Assembly: GCF_964355755.1 (NCBI RefSeq)
Contig: NC_092672.1
Coordinates: 26,914,437-26,978,436, forward strand
DNA length: 64,000 bases
Reading direction: 5' to 3'
From: Antedon mediterranea
Lineage: Eukaryota; Animalia; Echinodermata
Shown here: piece after piece, positions 51,564-64,000 of the stretch
Layout: each line of letters begins with the position of its first letter
Position numbering within the stretch: the stretch's first letter is position 1
The notes under the pieces: model-generated
What the model saw: only the letters and a program-made list of their open reading frames with translations
Databases searched by the model: none
What the model was told of the DNA's origin: nothing
Position numbers and translations under genes: made by a program

Positions 51564-54500
51564 TTAGATAAGGTCATCAATCTTCTGTGGTTTGTGGTCA
51601 ACTTCTTCTTTTCTTTTTCTGGTTTTGCCTCTGTACGTGCAGACAACAATCAGAGTAAATACGATGAGAAGAACTATCATAAGCGCAATGAGTGCAATCC
51701 ACCAAATCTCTAGAGGGAGCTCATCTGATTCATTATTCGTAAGCTGTGCAGCATTATCCGTCACTAGAATAACACAAAGGTAATTAATTTGGTTTTTATA
51801 AAAGCTAATATTTATTCTCATTAATTTACTAAAAGCTGAAAGTTATTTTTATTCACATGACAAATGACCCAGCACTGAGCTCCGGAAACAAGTAAGCAAT
51901 TAATGGGTTAAATTGACATTTTTATTCCCACACTAAATGGTAAAAAATAATTTAGATTTGTATTCACATTGTTGGTAAAATTATGGTATATTGCTATTTT
52001 TACTCGGGGTACTCAAGTTTAGGACTCACTCATCTTCTCCTCCTCCATCTGGAAACTATTGAGTGAAAAGTGCGATTTATAAAGTACTCCTCCCTTAAAG
52101 ATGTATTGTCCCCCTGAAAAAAATTTTTTTTTCAATATTTTTGTTGAATAGGCCATTTTAATTGCACATAAAAGTTATTCACTTTGACCTCAATTTGGAT
52201 TGAAAAAAATAATTTTTTACACGGGAAAATCGCAATTTAATGCAAAAATTAACCAACCGGAAGCTATTTGTCTGGAAGACAAATGTGTTCCGGTTTAATT
52301 TAACCCTTGACCTGAGTTAGCTCATAAATATTCATATTGTATGGATACATCGTGTGGATGATGATGCTTTCCAAATCAACAGCCAACAACGATAGCAATG
52401 CATGCGTGCGAGAGAGTCGAATAGTGATGCGAGACGAATCTTGAAGAAAACTATAGCTAGCAGAATGCTAAGTTAGAATTACAGTTGGTAACTTTGATGT
52501 TGAATCTTATTCATTTAGGTGAGTTTTTGTTTCGCTAACAGGAGAGGCCTAGCTAGGCCTAGGCCCGAATTTGCTGCTACTGTACTACTACTACTACTAG
52601 CACTGACACTGACAGTCTCGAGTAGCCTAACTGCTGCCTACTTCTGTCTCTAGAAGTAGAGTGTAGTAGGCCTAGGTAGTACACTGCTAGCTAGGGATAC
52701 AGTAGACCACCACCAGAAGGGATGTATTTTTGTTTTAATCATGATGAATTGGTTTAATTTTTAAAGATTTCAACTATCTATTCGGCAGTGAAAATTAAAA
52801 AAAAAAGAAAATCTAAATATTGTTTTGGATGTTTTACTGATGCAATATTTTAAAAATATTTTCTGTATCAAATGCAATAGGTTCAAATTAACATTCCACA
52901 AATAAACATTTTATGCAGATATTTTGACACAAATTTCTTTTTTTTTTTAGGTTGATTGATTGAACAATAAGAGCAAGTAGTGAGAAACATAAAATGTGTC
53001 GTACAGTGGCAACATTCACAATTTATTGAAACGTTTCTTACTATTAAAATGACACTTTGTAATGGATGTGAGCGATCTTAGAAGACTATAGCTGTCGTAA
53101 TTACTGCCACAATCAACACATTGATAATTAGTAGACAAATTGACACAAAAAACAATACAGCTGAGGAATTCAATAAGATATACTGTATATATATATTTTA
53201 TTAACTCCTTTTGCACTGTAATATTTACAGTAAAATTATGAAGTGTAAGTAAATTTGAAGAATTTATCCTGTGTACTGTTGTAGTAGTTTTTTTTTTTAT
53301 TGAATGTTATGTTTACAAAATAATATACTGTACATATAATACAAAAAAAATTATACAATATTTTACAAGCTGGACAAGAACATATTGGCCGAATGCAGCA
53401 GGAGAGTCAGAAATATTTTTCCTGCAATATCCAATAATATTCCAATACCGAGTCTATCATTGTTGTCTTTGGGTGACCTCTGTTCCAGTCTTCATCAGCT
53501 CAACGTCTTTAAAAAAAGTAAAAGCAAAGTATGAAAATCTGGAAAAAATAGATCATGCATATTTAGTGAAAAATTGGGCTAGTGAAATTGCTTACTTTGA
53601 CATAGTCAAATAAGTATACTACCTTTCTATGGTAATTAAAACACATTACTTATAATGTTATAACTTATAAAAAGAGAAAATAAATATTTGACTTACTACA
53701 GTACAGAGAACATTTGTTTGTGTTTTAAAATGGCTAGGCTGGCTTTTCCCCTCTGTCTACTTGTATGTACAGTGCTGCTGGAAGGTTCTCAATTTCAGGC
53801 TTGTATTGCAACCATTTTCCCTGAAAAATGTTTGTTTTATTTTTATCATAAAAATTAGTTAAACAAGCTTCAACTGTAAATATATATGGTACAGCAAGCT
53901 GGCTGTATTTTCGGAATGTAGCTAAGATTGATGGCATATAGCCTAGGCCAGTCTATGAAGAGTACAATGTATAGGGCCTAGCTGGGCATCTTCTGCAGGG
54001 ACCCGATTGTCACAGTCTGCTTGCTACTAGCCTAGTAATATGCAGCAGCATGTATTAATTATTCTAGGCCTAGCCCTGAACTGAAAAAATCCCAGGCTAA
54101 GTTAATTAATTTACCTTCCTGTTATTATTGCGTTATATATATTATTATATTTAAAATAACCGTCTAGGCCTACTTACCGACAAATTAACAGCTCAGCTTT
54201 ACATACGATCAGGCCGGGGAAACCCACAGTCGAGTCGCGTCGATCTCTGGTGGTGTTGTTGTACGCAAAGATACTATAGCTATACGATCTTTGGTTGTAC
54301 GTACATACAACGTGCATCGTCCATTGTTAGATCAGATCTCTGCTGTGTGGATGCTCATTAACATATCATGCATATGTATGAGTTAGCTCTACCGGCCTAA
54401 TTTCTGAGCCGATGAGTTCGAAAAAATGGTAAACTTATTTTGATTTTTTTATAAGCGAAATCAATATTTTTTTCGGATTTTTTTTCGGTGGAAGTGAATA

Positions 54501-57500
54501 ACTTTATGTTAACTACAAAACGGTCTATTCAAAATTTGATTTTTTTCATCTTTATTTTTCATTTTTTGGGGGACAATACATCTTTAATATTCGTTGTAGT
54601 ATTGAGCTGGAATTTGGCATGAATATACTACAGGGACATGTCCTCAAAGCTATAGAGCCGGATTTTTAAATTTCAAACCGGATGCAGCCATATCACGTCT
54701 CGAAGATGGTATCGTATAGCCATATTTGGTAGGGAGGTTATTGAATGTGTATGTGACGTCACATCCCGTCTTGTGACGTCATTACAGCTTCTTTTGCTGT
54801 ACCCCTAGTATCGCACATTCGTGCTTGTTTTTGTTCACATGGTAAAATATTGTTCAACCTTAATACAATAGAACCCCTCTTTTGGGATACCCATATTAAG
54901 TTGAATTTAACACTATGGCCAACACCCTTATTCAGGGAAAACACTTATTAATGGGGACATTGGTTGGGTCCTATTATTATCTAGTAACTGATAAACTCCA
55001 TTTTTAGTCGCGTGCAAACGCGACTCTAAGCTCACGATGTTGGTCGGTTGTCAATTTTTAAACATTTTTAGCAATTTCGGTTGGTCGATTGGTCGGTAAA
55101 CACTAACTCATGTTCATATTTTTTTCGTTGTTTTGACACGGGATATTTATACGAGGCAAATATAAATGTTTTTTGTTAGTCGTGTGCAAAACGCAACTAT
55201 ATAGCTCACTATTTTGGTCGGTATGTAGGTCGGTCAGTAAACACTAAGTTAAAATTTGGCACGCGACTGCATGTATATTGCCTTGTTAAATATTGACATA
55301 CAGTATGAATGAGAATTAAACAAATTATTAATTTATTTTTTATTTTATCAGCATTGAAAATTTTAAGTAAGTGATCATTTCATTTTTTTAAATTTCAGGA
55401 CTTTTTTTGGATTTAAGGAAATTCTGGTTTCAAGCAGAGTTGACTGATTATATTTTACCTTCTGTAGTGCAGTCTAAACCTGTGAAGCCATTTTTACATG
55501 AACATCTGTACTCGTCACTGACCGTAAGGCACACTCCATTGTTTTTGCAAGGATTTGAGGCACAATAGTCAACTGAAATAAATAACAGAAAGCATTATTA
55601 AATAAATGTGAACCCTCAATTTGTTCAACCCATTTGCATTCACATCCATGTAAATTTAAGCAGAGTACCCATACTAGTCCACTTAATTTGTTTGAACCAA
55701 CTTTAAGCTTTATGTATAAAAATATACATACAGGAGCTGTATTTTCATTGATTTGTAAAGTTTTGGTATTCAGAGGCGGATACAGGATTTGTTCATCAGG
55801 TGATGTATGTCACTTCTAGTCGAAGAAGGTTATTCTCCCCTTTTGTCTACCCACTGATTATTAAATCAAAATTATAAATTCTAAACTCACCAGCATCACA
55901 TGTGGTACCGAGATACCCAGGAGGACAAACGCAAACAGGCATACCATCGGTGATGGTGCATGTACCGTCATTCATGCAGGAAGCCTCATTACAGCTTGTT
56001 GGTGACATAGTTGTTGCCTTATTGGTTGTCAGTACTGTAGTTGGTTTCTTGGTTGATGGTGCTATAGTCGTTGGTGTGGTTGTCGGTGCCATAGTTAGTT
56101 TCTTGGTTGTCGGTGCCACAGTCATAGGTTTCTTGGTTGTCGGTGCCATAGTTGGTTTCTTGGTTGTCGGTGCCATAGTCATGGGTTTTTTGGTTGTCGG
56201 TGCTACAGTAGTTTGTTTCACTGTTGGTGGTACATTTGTAGAGGTCATCTGAATGGTTGTTGGTTTTTTGGTTGTTGGTTGAATGACTGTGGTAGTAGTA
56301 GACATTGTTGTAGTTGGTACTTCACTAACCACTGGTCTTGTAACACCATCTAGAATAAAGATTTAAATGGCTGCTGTCACAACAAATTATCTCAATTATT
56401 ATTGTTCAAAATTATTGTTTATGATTTTCATATACAGGTACCAAACACGATTTGGGTTACCATTTTGTTGGTTTACAAAGAGAAATGAGAGCTGTGGTTG
56501 ACAAATCACAATTTTAGTCAAAATCAAAACTAAAATAATTTTCAAACACAAACTTTGAATAATTGTAAATGCTAAATGTCATTCTACATACTTTATTGGC
56601 ATATTTGATTGTATGTTATCAAAAGGAAATCTGTTTAAAGCCGATTTTCCACTAGGCGAATTTGTTCGCGCGAATCCAACGTTTCGAAGAGAAATAAATC
56701 GCCTACTCTCTTTCCACTACATGAGCGAATAGCTGCGACGTTCATGTTCCTTGCGAGGTTGCTGAGCATTTCGATTCGCATGAGTGCTCATGAAAGCGTC
56801 ATAGCTCATTTCCTGAGCTCTGATTGGTTGCGCAATGTTTCTCTTCGCAAAAAGTAGAAACAATTCGAACTAGTAAATTTCGCTGAAGCGAAAAATCAAA
56901 GAAACTAGAATTCGTCGAAGAAGGCAGTATGACAGACAGAAACGCGAATACGCATGTGCATAGCATGACGCTTTCGATTCGTGCGAACAAATTCGCCTAG
57001 TGGAAAATAGGCTTAAAGTAGAAATAGAATGGATACCTGTTTCTTCGCATGATAGACCGATAAATCCGACTGAACACATGCAAATGTGACCTCCATTGAA
57101 ATGATCCAGAAGGCAAGATCCTCCATTGAGACATGGATTAGAATCACAAGCTGCATGTAAAGATAAAACAACAAATAAGTGGCATATTTTGGTCTTTTTA
57201 AATAAATTCCATATTAGGCTTGTGTATGAAGGTCTGAAGATCAAAACCTTTTACTGCTACAGGGGCGCATCCTATTGTGGGTCATTATTATCAATTTATT
57301 CTGTTTTGAAAATGTTGCGAGGGTAAAAATATTGACATTCTCTAATTGATCTTGTGGGTCATTTGAAGGGGCCCAATCCTGAAATCAAGAGGTTCAAATT
57401 TGTCATAGTAATATATACTTATAATTGTTACAGTATTAATTTAATTTATTTGTAATTCAAACATCTGTAGAACATGATCCACAAGAACATAAGGAAGCTT

Positions 57501-60500
57501 TTGATTTTTTAAATCTAGTTTTAATTTGAAATAATTGAGCTTATGTGAGGGCATTCGAATGGGCTTTTTCACTTGATTAATTGACTCCATTTGGACTCTA
57601 CATGCAGGGGACATCCAGCAAAATATGAAAGCTATTATTCATTGGTCTTCCTTATATATTTGGGGATCGCGATATATCTCTCATTTAAAATGATAGTGAG
57701 TATATTAACTGTCCCCAATCCTAATCCTCTGTACCTGATTCTGAGCAAACCTCTCCAAAATAACCTTCAGAACATTGACAGTTGAATCCATTTTGAGAAT
57801 TATCCTCAGAACAAATTCCATTGTGACGACATGGTTGATGTTGACATCCTGTAACTAAAGTATTAAGACACATGTTTATAATAATATTGTTTCAGTGCCT
57901 GCATTTTAACATAATAATTCATCCATGCTTGCAGTACACAATTAGATTAACAACAGGCCTGCATCTATCTGTGCTCATTATTGGCTCAATCTGAAGTTTA
58001 AATATAAATATAATCCCATATGTTGTGTAAGTACTTTATCTTGCGGTATATCCCTATGTCCACAAGAACTGACTGTTTTAACAGTCCGAGGTGCAAAATA
58101 CCAGAAAAAAATGTCCAGGTATCAACCATCCCGAAAAGTTATACTATTCAACTAAAAAAAACATGTCTAAAACATAGATTTAATTTTATACTTACAGCTT
58201 TCATTACAGAACATGCCAAATCTGTGATTAGGGCAAATACATCTGAACCCACTTCCGCCAGGCCCATTGTTTACCTGACAGCTTGATCCAGAACTACAGG
58301 GATTGCTTAAGCATGGGTCTGTTGTTTAGGATAAATCATATTCCAATTTGATTCGTTTGTTTAAGAATTGAAAGATTATGAAATTTAAAAAAAACAAATA
58401 AACATTTTTCATGCAACTGCCAGCCACTGTTAAATTATTGTTTTCATCTTAAATGATCAACTTTACTGTTTTTTTATTCTATATTTTCCCAGTAAATTGT
58501 TATTTTAATTTTTATATTTTTGAAGAAATTACAGTATTTAAAATACTTTTATTCATTTCACACAAAAAATCAGGCTTTAAACAACTTCTTGTTATTCTAG
58601 ACAATTTACTTTGTAAAGACAAGTAAATGAATAAGTAAAACATATAAAAAAAGACTGAATTTTACTTACAGTTTTCACAGAAATTGCCAAAACTTTCAGG
58701 AGGGCAAATACACATAAAATCATTTCCGTCATGGATTGCCTGGCAGGTTGAGCCAGAACTGCAAGGATTACTTAAGCAGGGGTCTGTCACAAGGTATAAA
58801 ATAACAGTACATTAATTTCTTTTTCATAGATTAAAATTAAATCGTGATTGATTCATTAAAGTATATTAATCCTCATCTTGTTTCAAATTAATTAATATTC
58901 AGTAATATCACTGGGCAGTTTAGAATTTCTTCTATGCCTGTTAATTATCATATTATTATATATACCGGTAATACAATAAGCCAAACAGTTTTTTAAATTT
59001 GGCAATTTCAAGGATTGTGCATATATCATTTTATTTTTCTTGGATTAGGCAAAATAATTCCTGTCACTTGGATACTTGTGTGTATCCCCAAGAGCGTGTT
59101 GCCCAACATAAAAACTGGTAAAAACATTTTACTGTTCAGTACAGTATTCATAATCACCAAATTTACTTTATAATACAACCTTAAGAATGAGTCAGCACAG
59201 AGCAATGATGAAAGAATTTCTTCATGGTATTGCTAAAAATAAATCTCCTATTAAGCCCTCTCAATAAACTTTTTGTTGAAAGGTTTGAATGGCAAATAAA
59301 CACTAAATAAACAATAAACCATTACTCCAGAAGACGATTGTAGCTGACAACCAAAACATCAGACATTATCCACTTTGCTTTTTTCCTATTTTGAAACACA
59401 TTGTGGCTCACTACAAATGTGGTCTTACTTAGTTTTGAGCATATTTCACCAACCCACAACCAGTTACAAATACACTCATAGTTCAGTCCAAGTTCATCTG
59501 ATTGGCAAGATGCTCCACCGTTACAAGGGTTACTTAAGCAAGGATCTAAAATAAACCATATTTATAATTTATTTGAAGATTTGATCAATGTTTATATGAG
59601 TGCAATGGTACAAATAATTGTATTAGGTAAAAGATTAAAATTTTATTTTTACAAGGTGAAGCTGATATTGAATTTTATATTTCAACGAATTAAATTATTT
59701 GTACCTTTGTGCAAATACAAAATATTACATTATTTGTTTTATAACACACACACTACCTATGTCAATGACCTAAACATATTCCTAGGCCTATAGCTAATCA
59801 AATGACAAGAATATATTTAGGTGTGTTATACTGTAATACACATTATCTTTTTTAGAAGCCTTATTGTCTAATAGGCCTACTTGATTTATCTTTACTTTTT
59901 GCTGATGCAATATTTAGAAATAAAGTTTACAGGATTTGAATTTGCGTCTTTCCCTGGTGACACGAAAAAAATTGCTGATACTCAAATATACTACTACTGA
60001 GAGTGACTATTAGAAGAATGAGCAAAAGAACTTACCCAGCCGTTCACAGTATTTTCCTTTGTATGAATGGTCACAATCACAGTGAAAGTTGTTTCCCGCT
60101 TCGGCCTGATAACAATGTCCATTATTCTGACATACATTGGGATCACATGGTTCTATCAAAAAGAAAAAAGCATAATTCGCAGACAATTTAAAAGATGCAC
60201 TTCTTTGGAGTAAAAGTTTTTGTCACATTCAGCCTTTATTAGGTTATATGCATTATCATGCATATAACCTCTTGATTCTGTCAAAATCTTTATTTATTTA
60301 TTTATTCTTTCCTTAGCACTATTTTGTCCGTGAATTATCTTGATATCAGTTTCATCTATCTAAGTCAATTTTTCAGAGTATATTCCTTATGGCCAGGAAT
60401 CGATGTGGTTATATTTTCACGATGCGTAATCAAAAATTACGCGGTCAACGCGCGATTTTACGAAATCACGTTTGTAATCACATCTTCACAAGCATGAATC

Positions 60501-63500
60501 ACAATTAAACAAAATTTGGTACTCATAAATTTCAGGTCATATTTCATCATATGGCAATACAATTACGTGCGTAGCGCATATAACGCTTGCGTACGCGCGC
60601 TTAAAATGTTCAAAATTGTCAAAATTTATTTTCGATGAAATTAGAGTACGTTTCAGGCAATTTTAAGCGTTTAAAAAATTGCCATGAGTGCGCAGATTTT
60701 TGCACGCGCACTGCGCGTTATACGTTAATGCGCACTCTTTTTGTCCGATTTCGGTTGTACAACCTTTCTTTAATAATATCATCATATTTTATTCACTTTT
60801 CAACGCGTAATTGCCTTATACGAGCACGTCAAAAGTGACAGGCTACGCACGTGTAAGTTAACAAAATGGTGAAAATATGCTAAATTTTAAAATTAATATA
60901 GATCGTCAGAATGCTCGGGAACACATATTTTTTATTTCATTTTCTTGAAGTGTATGTATCTTATGATTTATTATTAAACTAAGGGAACAAAAGTTGATTA
61001 AGCCATAATTAATTGCATATTAAATTAAAAAAAATTCATTTCGACAATCAAACAAATTATGACATTTTCTTAGGCCAAAATAACAAACTTAACATTAACT
61101 TTCTTCCTTCAAAAGTTCATATATTAAAGTTAAAAGTATATAGTTTGACAGTGCATCCTTTTTGTACATTTTTAGAGATGTCATCATAGTAAAAAATTAT
61201 AATTCATTTCGGTATGTAATAATCTATCTGCACCAAAGTGGTTACTGCATAGTAAATACACGGAGGAATTTTTCTACAATTTTTAGTCAGTTGTGTATGG
61301 CTCGGTAGTGTGTGCTCGTGTCTATGGCACTCAAGGTACCGAGATCGAGTCTCACCTTGGGAAACGAAATAAGATTTTTTTTTTATTATCCGTATTGTTT
61401 GTTCAAATTTATTTCTTAGTGTATATATTATACACATGATTTATAATGAAATCTAGATAAAAAATAACTTATGTCTTTATTATTATGTAACAGCAAATGT
61501 GGTTTATGACATTATACGCAGAGGGATCTTTGATCGGATTGTGATACCGGCTATTGTATTCGCGTTAGCAAGGTCCTATCATATATTATAAATAATTAAA
61601 GAATCTGAGAAAATCAATGAATCAAAATATCTTTTAAAAATCAATTATCTTTATTTAAATCAATGCATATAACCTATAATTCGTCATAGTGACGAATTAA
61701 ATCTAGTTTATTTTAAAGTTGTATAAAAAGGGAATGTAGAAACAAATGATTATATTAAAGTCTAGTGTCTGTTTATATGGTTGTAGAATTGAAATTATTA
61801 TTATTTAATTATGTTATTATAATGATCAGTTCAATGAAAGATAAAGAAAGCTTCAATTCTACCATTAATTTTAGATTGTTTTCTATCTACCCGCCTATGC
61901 AGCTTTTTGATTTATAATTTTATTGACATGTAAAAATGTGCATGCAAATATTCTTGTTGAAGAAATGAAATGGGACGATCCCACACAAGATGTGAAAAAT
62001 CAATATTTGATGAATTATTACCAAAAAATTCACAGTTGATCCCTTTATGACCTTGAGGGCATTGACACTGATATCCAATTCCACTGTAAGGCTTTATACA
62101 TGTCCCACCGCTTGAACACGGAATTGACATACAAGAATCTGTAAAAAGCAAATCATTATCCTATTATCATTTTATTACAGGTGCTTCTCTTCTTAAAGAC
62201 AAAAAAATGTGTCAGCTTGGCTGTTGCAAGGTATTTGAAATCTTGATCCAGATGTACTGTACTAATTTAGCATTTTCAGTATTTGATTCATGTTGAGATT
62301 GTGTGTACTTACCATGTTGAAAACATCTTGATGCAAATTTACCAGAGAGAGCAATTGTCTAAATGTACTTACCAAACTGAATATACCTAGAGGTCCAGAT
62401 GTACCAAACAGACAGAGAGAATTGCCTATATGTACTTGCCATACTGAAGACATCTAGGTCCAGATGTACCAGAGACAAGGAGCAATTGACTAAATGTACT
62501 TACCATACTGAAGATACCTAGAGGTCCAGATGTACCAGAGACAGGGAGAATTTCCTAAATGTGCTTACCATACTGAAGACACCTGGGTCCAGATTTACCA
62601 GAGACAGGGAGGAATTTCCTAAATGTGCTTACCATACTGAAGACACATGGGTCCAGATTTACCAGAGACAATGAGCAATCGACTATTTGTAATTTGTACC
62701 ATATTGAAGACTCTACCAAAGGCAAGTAGCAATTTACTGAATGTGCTCACCATACTGAAGATGACCAATGTCCAGATATACCAAAGGCAAGTAGCAATTT
62801 ACTGAATGTACTCACCATACTGAAGATGTCCAATGTCCAGATATACCAAAGGCAAGTAGCAATTTACTGAATGTACTCACCATACTGAAGATGTCCAATG
62901 TCCAGATTTACCAAAGGCAAGTAGCAATTTACTGAATGTACTCACCATACTGAAGATGTCCAATGTCCAGATTTACCAAAGGCAAGGAGCAATTGACTTA
63001 ATGTACTCACCATACTAAAGATGACCAATGTCCAGATTCACCAAAGGCAAGTAGCATTTGACTTAATGTACTTACCTTACTGAAAACATATAGGTCCAGA
63101 TTTATTAAAGACGATGATCAATTGACTAAATGTACTTACCATACTGAAGACATCTAGGTCCAGATGTACCAATTTGGCATTTGCAGTAGATATTTGAACC
63201 ATACTGAGATGTAAAGCATGTAGAACCACCATTACATGGGTTTGAGCTACAGGGATCTACAAAGAAACACGGTGAGTTTGTGTATTTAAAGCATATAAAC
63301 TTTATAAGTTGTTCAACCTTTGATTTCATTTTATATATTTGTCATTTATAGGTATTCTGTTTTTACAAAGCACCACACCTACACTACTACCAAGTACAAA
63401 CGATATTCTGTGGATGCTCGTAAACATATGAGCACATACAGAAAGATATTAGGCTAGTTAAAATTATGAAAGGTTGATATTTGCTTGCTTAGCACAAGTT

Positions 63501-63687
63501 AGGTTGGAGTTTTTTCACCAAAATACAATACATAATATACAATACATAATATACAATATTTTACCATTAATTTCACAGTGCATGCCATTGAAACCGGGTT
63601 GACATCCGCAGTAATATTCGTTTGAGACAGATCCTCTGTAACACGATCCAGAATTTAAACAAGGGGATGACAGACATGGGTCTGATT
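51564..63687 (-). CDS. Multi-EGF (at least 11), Thr-rich mucin-stalk, single-pass membrane protein; 5' end beyond the window
   Basis: Phase 1-1 exons (minus) 63687-63565, 63256-63140, 62138-62022, 60152-60036, 59545-59429, 58783-58670, 58318-58196, 57854-57735, 57150-57037 (one 6-Cys EGF each, DPCxSNPC type), 56349-55891 (APTTKKP repeats plus EGF), 55572-55459 (EGF), 51763-51564 ([25 protein letters not shown], basic stop-transfer, tail ..KIDDLI*). Confidence 0.9.
52099..54583. mobile_element. ~2.5-kb DNA transposon with TTAA TSD (Kolobok-like), no intact transposase seen
   Basis: TTAA|AGATGTATTGTCCCCC ... GGGGGACAATACATCT|TTAA with long imperfect subterminal inverted sequence; lies in the last intron of the EGF gene. 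Confidence 0.8.
55001..55288 (+). mobile_element. DINE-1/HINE-like (Helentron-associated) short element
   Basis: TTTTT-AGTCGCGT-GCAA-ACGCGACT 5' inverted repeat, GGTC/GGTT microsatellite-like tract, 3' GCACGCGACT and CTTGTT end. Confidence 0.6.
56639..57013. mobile_element. PIF/Harbinger-type MITE, inverted relative to 44320-44680
   Basis: TAA|AGCCGATTTTCCACTAGGCGAATTTGTTCGC ... GCGAACAAATTCGCCTAGTGGAAAATAGGCT|TAA. Confidence 0.88.
60235..61708 (+). mobile_element. ~1.5-kb HINE/Helentron-type non-autonomous element
   Basis: 5' AGGTTATATGCAT..ATGCATATAACCT inverted repeat; 3' ATGCATATAACCT followed by stem-loop AATTCGTCA-TAG-TGACGAATT and CTAGTT; CpG-rich interior. Confidence 0.72.
62300..63172 (-). 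repeat. ~14 tandem 63-65 bp units, each copying an EGF exon 3' end plus its splice donor
   Basis: Plus-strand AATGTACT(T/C)ACCATACTGAAGA..GTCCAGAT recurs at ~62313, 62373, 62440, 62504, 62569, 62633, 62700, 62751, 62816, 62881, 62946, 63011, 63076 and at the true exon end, 63140. Confidence 0.92.
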
Positions 63688-64000
63688 CTGAAAGGTAAGA
63701 AATAAAAAACTAATATTTTCTGTGTAATAATATTTAAAATTATTGACTCCTTTATGGATGGTTTATTTACTGCACATATGAGCAATGGCAATTAATATGA
63801 GATTGTTGGTTTATTTGTTTATATATTCTAGGATAGGAGATTTTCAATACACAGCTCTTCCCTAAACCCACCAAGAGCCCAATAAGCTTGTACGTAATAA
63901 AACATCTTCACAACTATCATGATTTAGTTTAATTAACACAGACATTGACTAATTTATAATGATATGCCAGAGCCGATACAAGTTACTCTGATGAATATTG

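Overview
AT-rich, intron-rich animal genomic DNA. An invertebrate deuterostome such as an echinoderm is my inference; I cannot fix the species. Four spliced genes can be rebuilt by hand: the 3' half of a peroxisomal D-amino-acid/D-aspartate oxidase (+), a complete DGCR8/Pasha (-), a complete STN1/OBFC1 (+, head-to-head with DGCR8), and the 3' part of a multi-EGF, mucin-stalk type I membrane protein (-). Between STN1 and the EGF gene lies a ~22 kb zone that looks like the product of an old tandem duplication of their tail-to-tail junction. It holds a ~12 kb array of ~28 RPL23A (uL23) pseudogene units with higher-order structure, a 5S+tRNA-headed SINE, a LINE remnant and a Helitron. Best leads: (1) the ribosomal-protein-derived macrosatellite; (2) two pri-miRNA-like hairpins in the DGCR8 first coding exon, placed like the vertebrate Microprocessor autoregulatory hairpins; (3) ~14 tandem copies of an exon end plus its 5' splice site inside the EGF gene; (4) a hammerhead-bearing insert nested in a Helitron that splits the DGCR8/STN1 promoter. 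All calls are by eye; no searches or folding programs were run.
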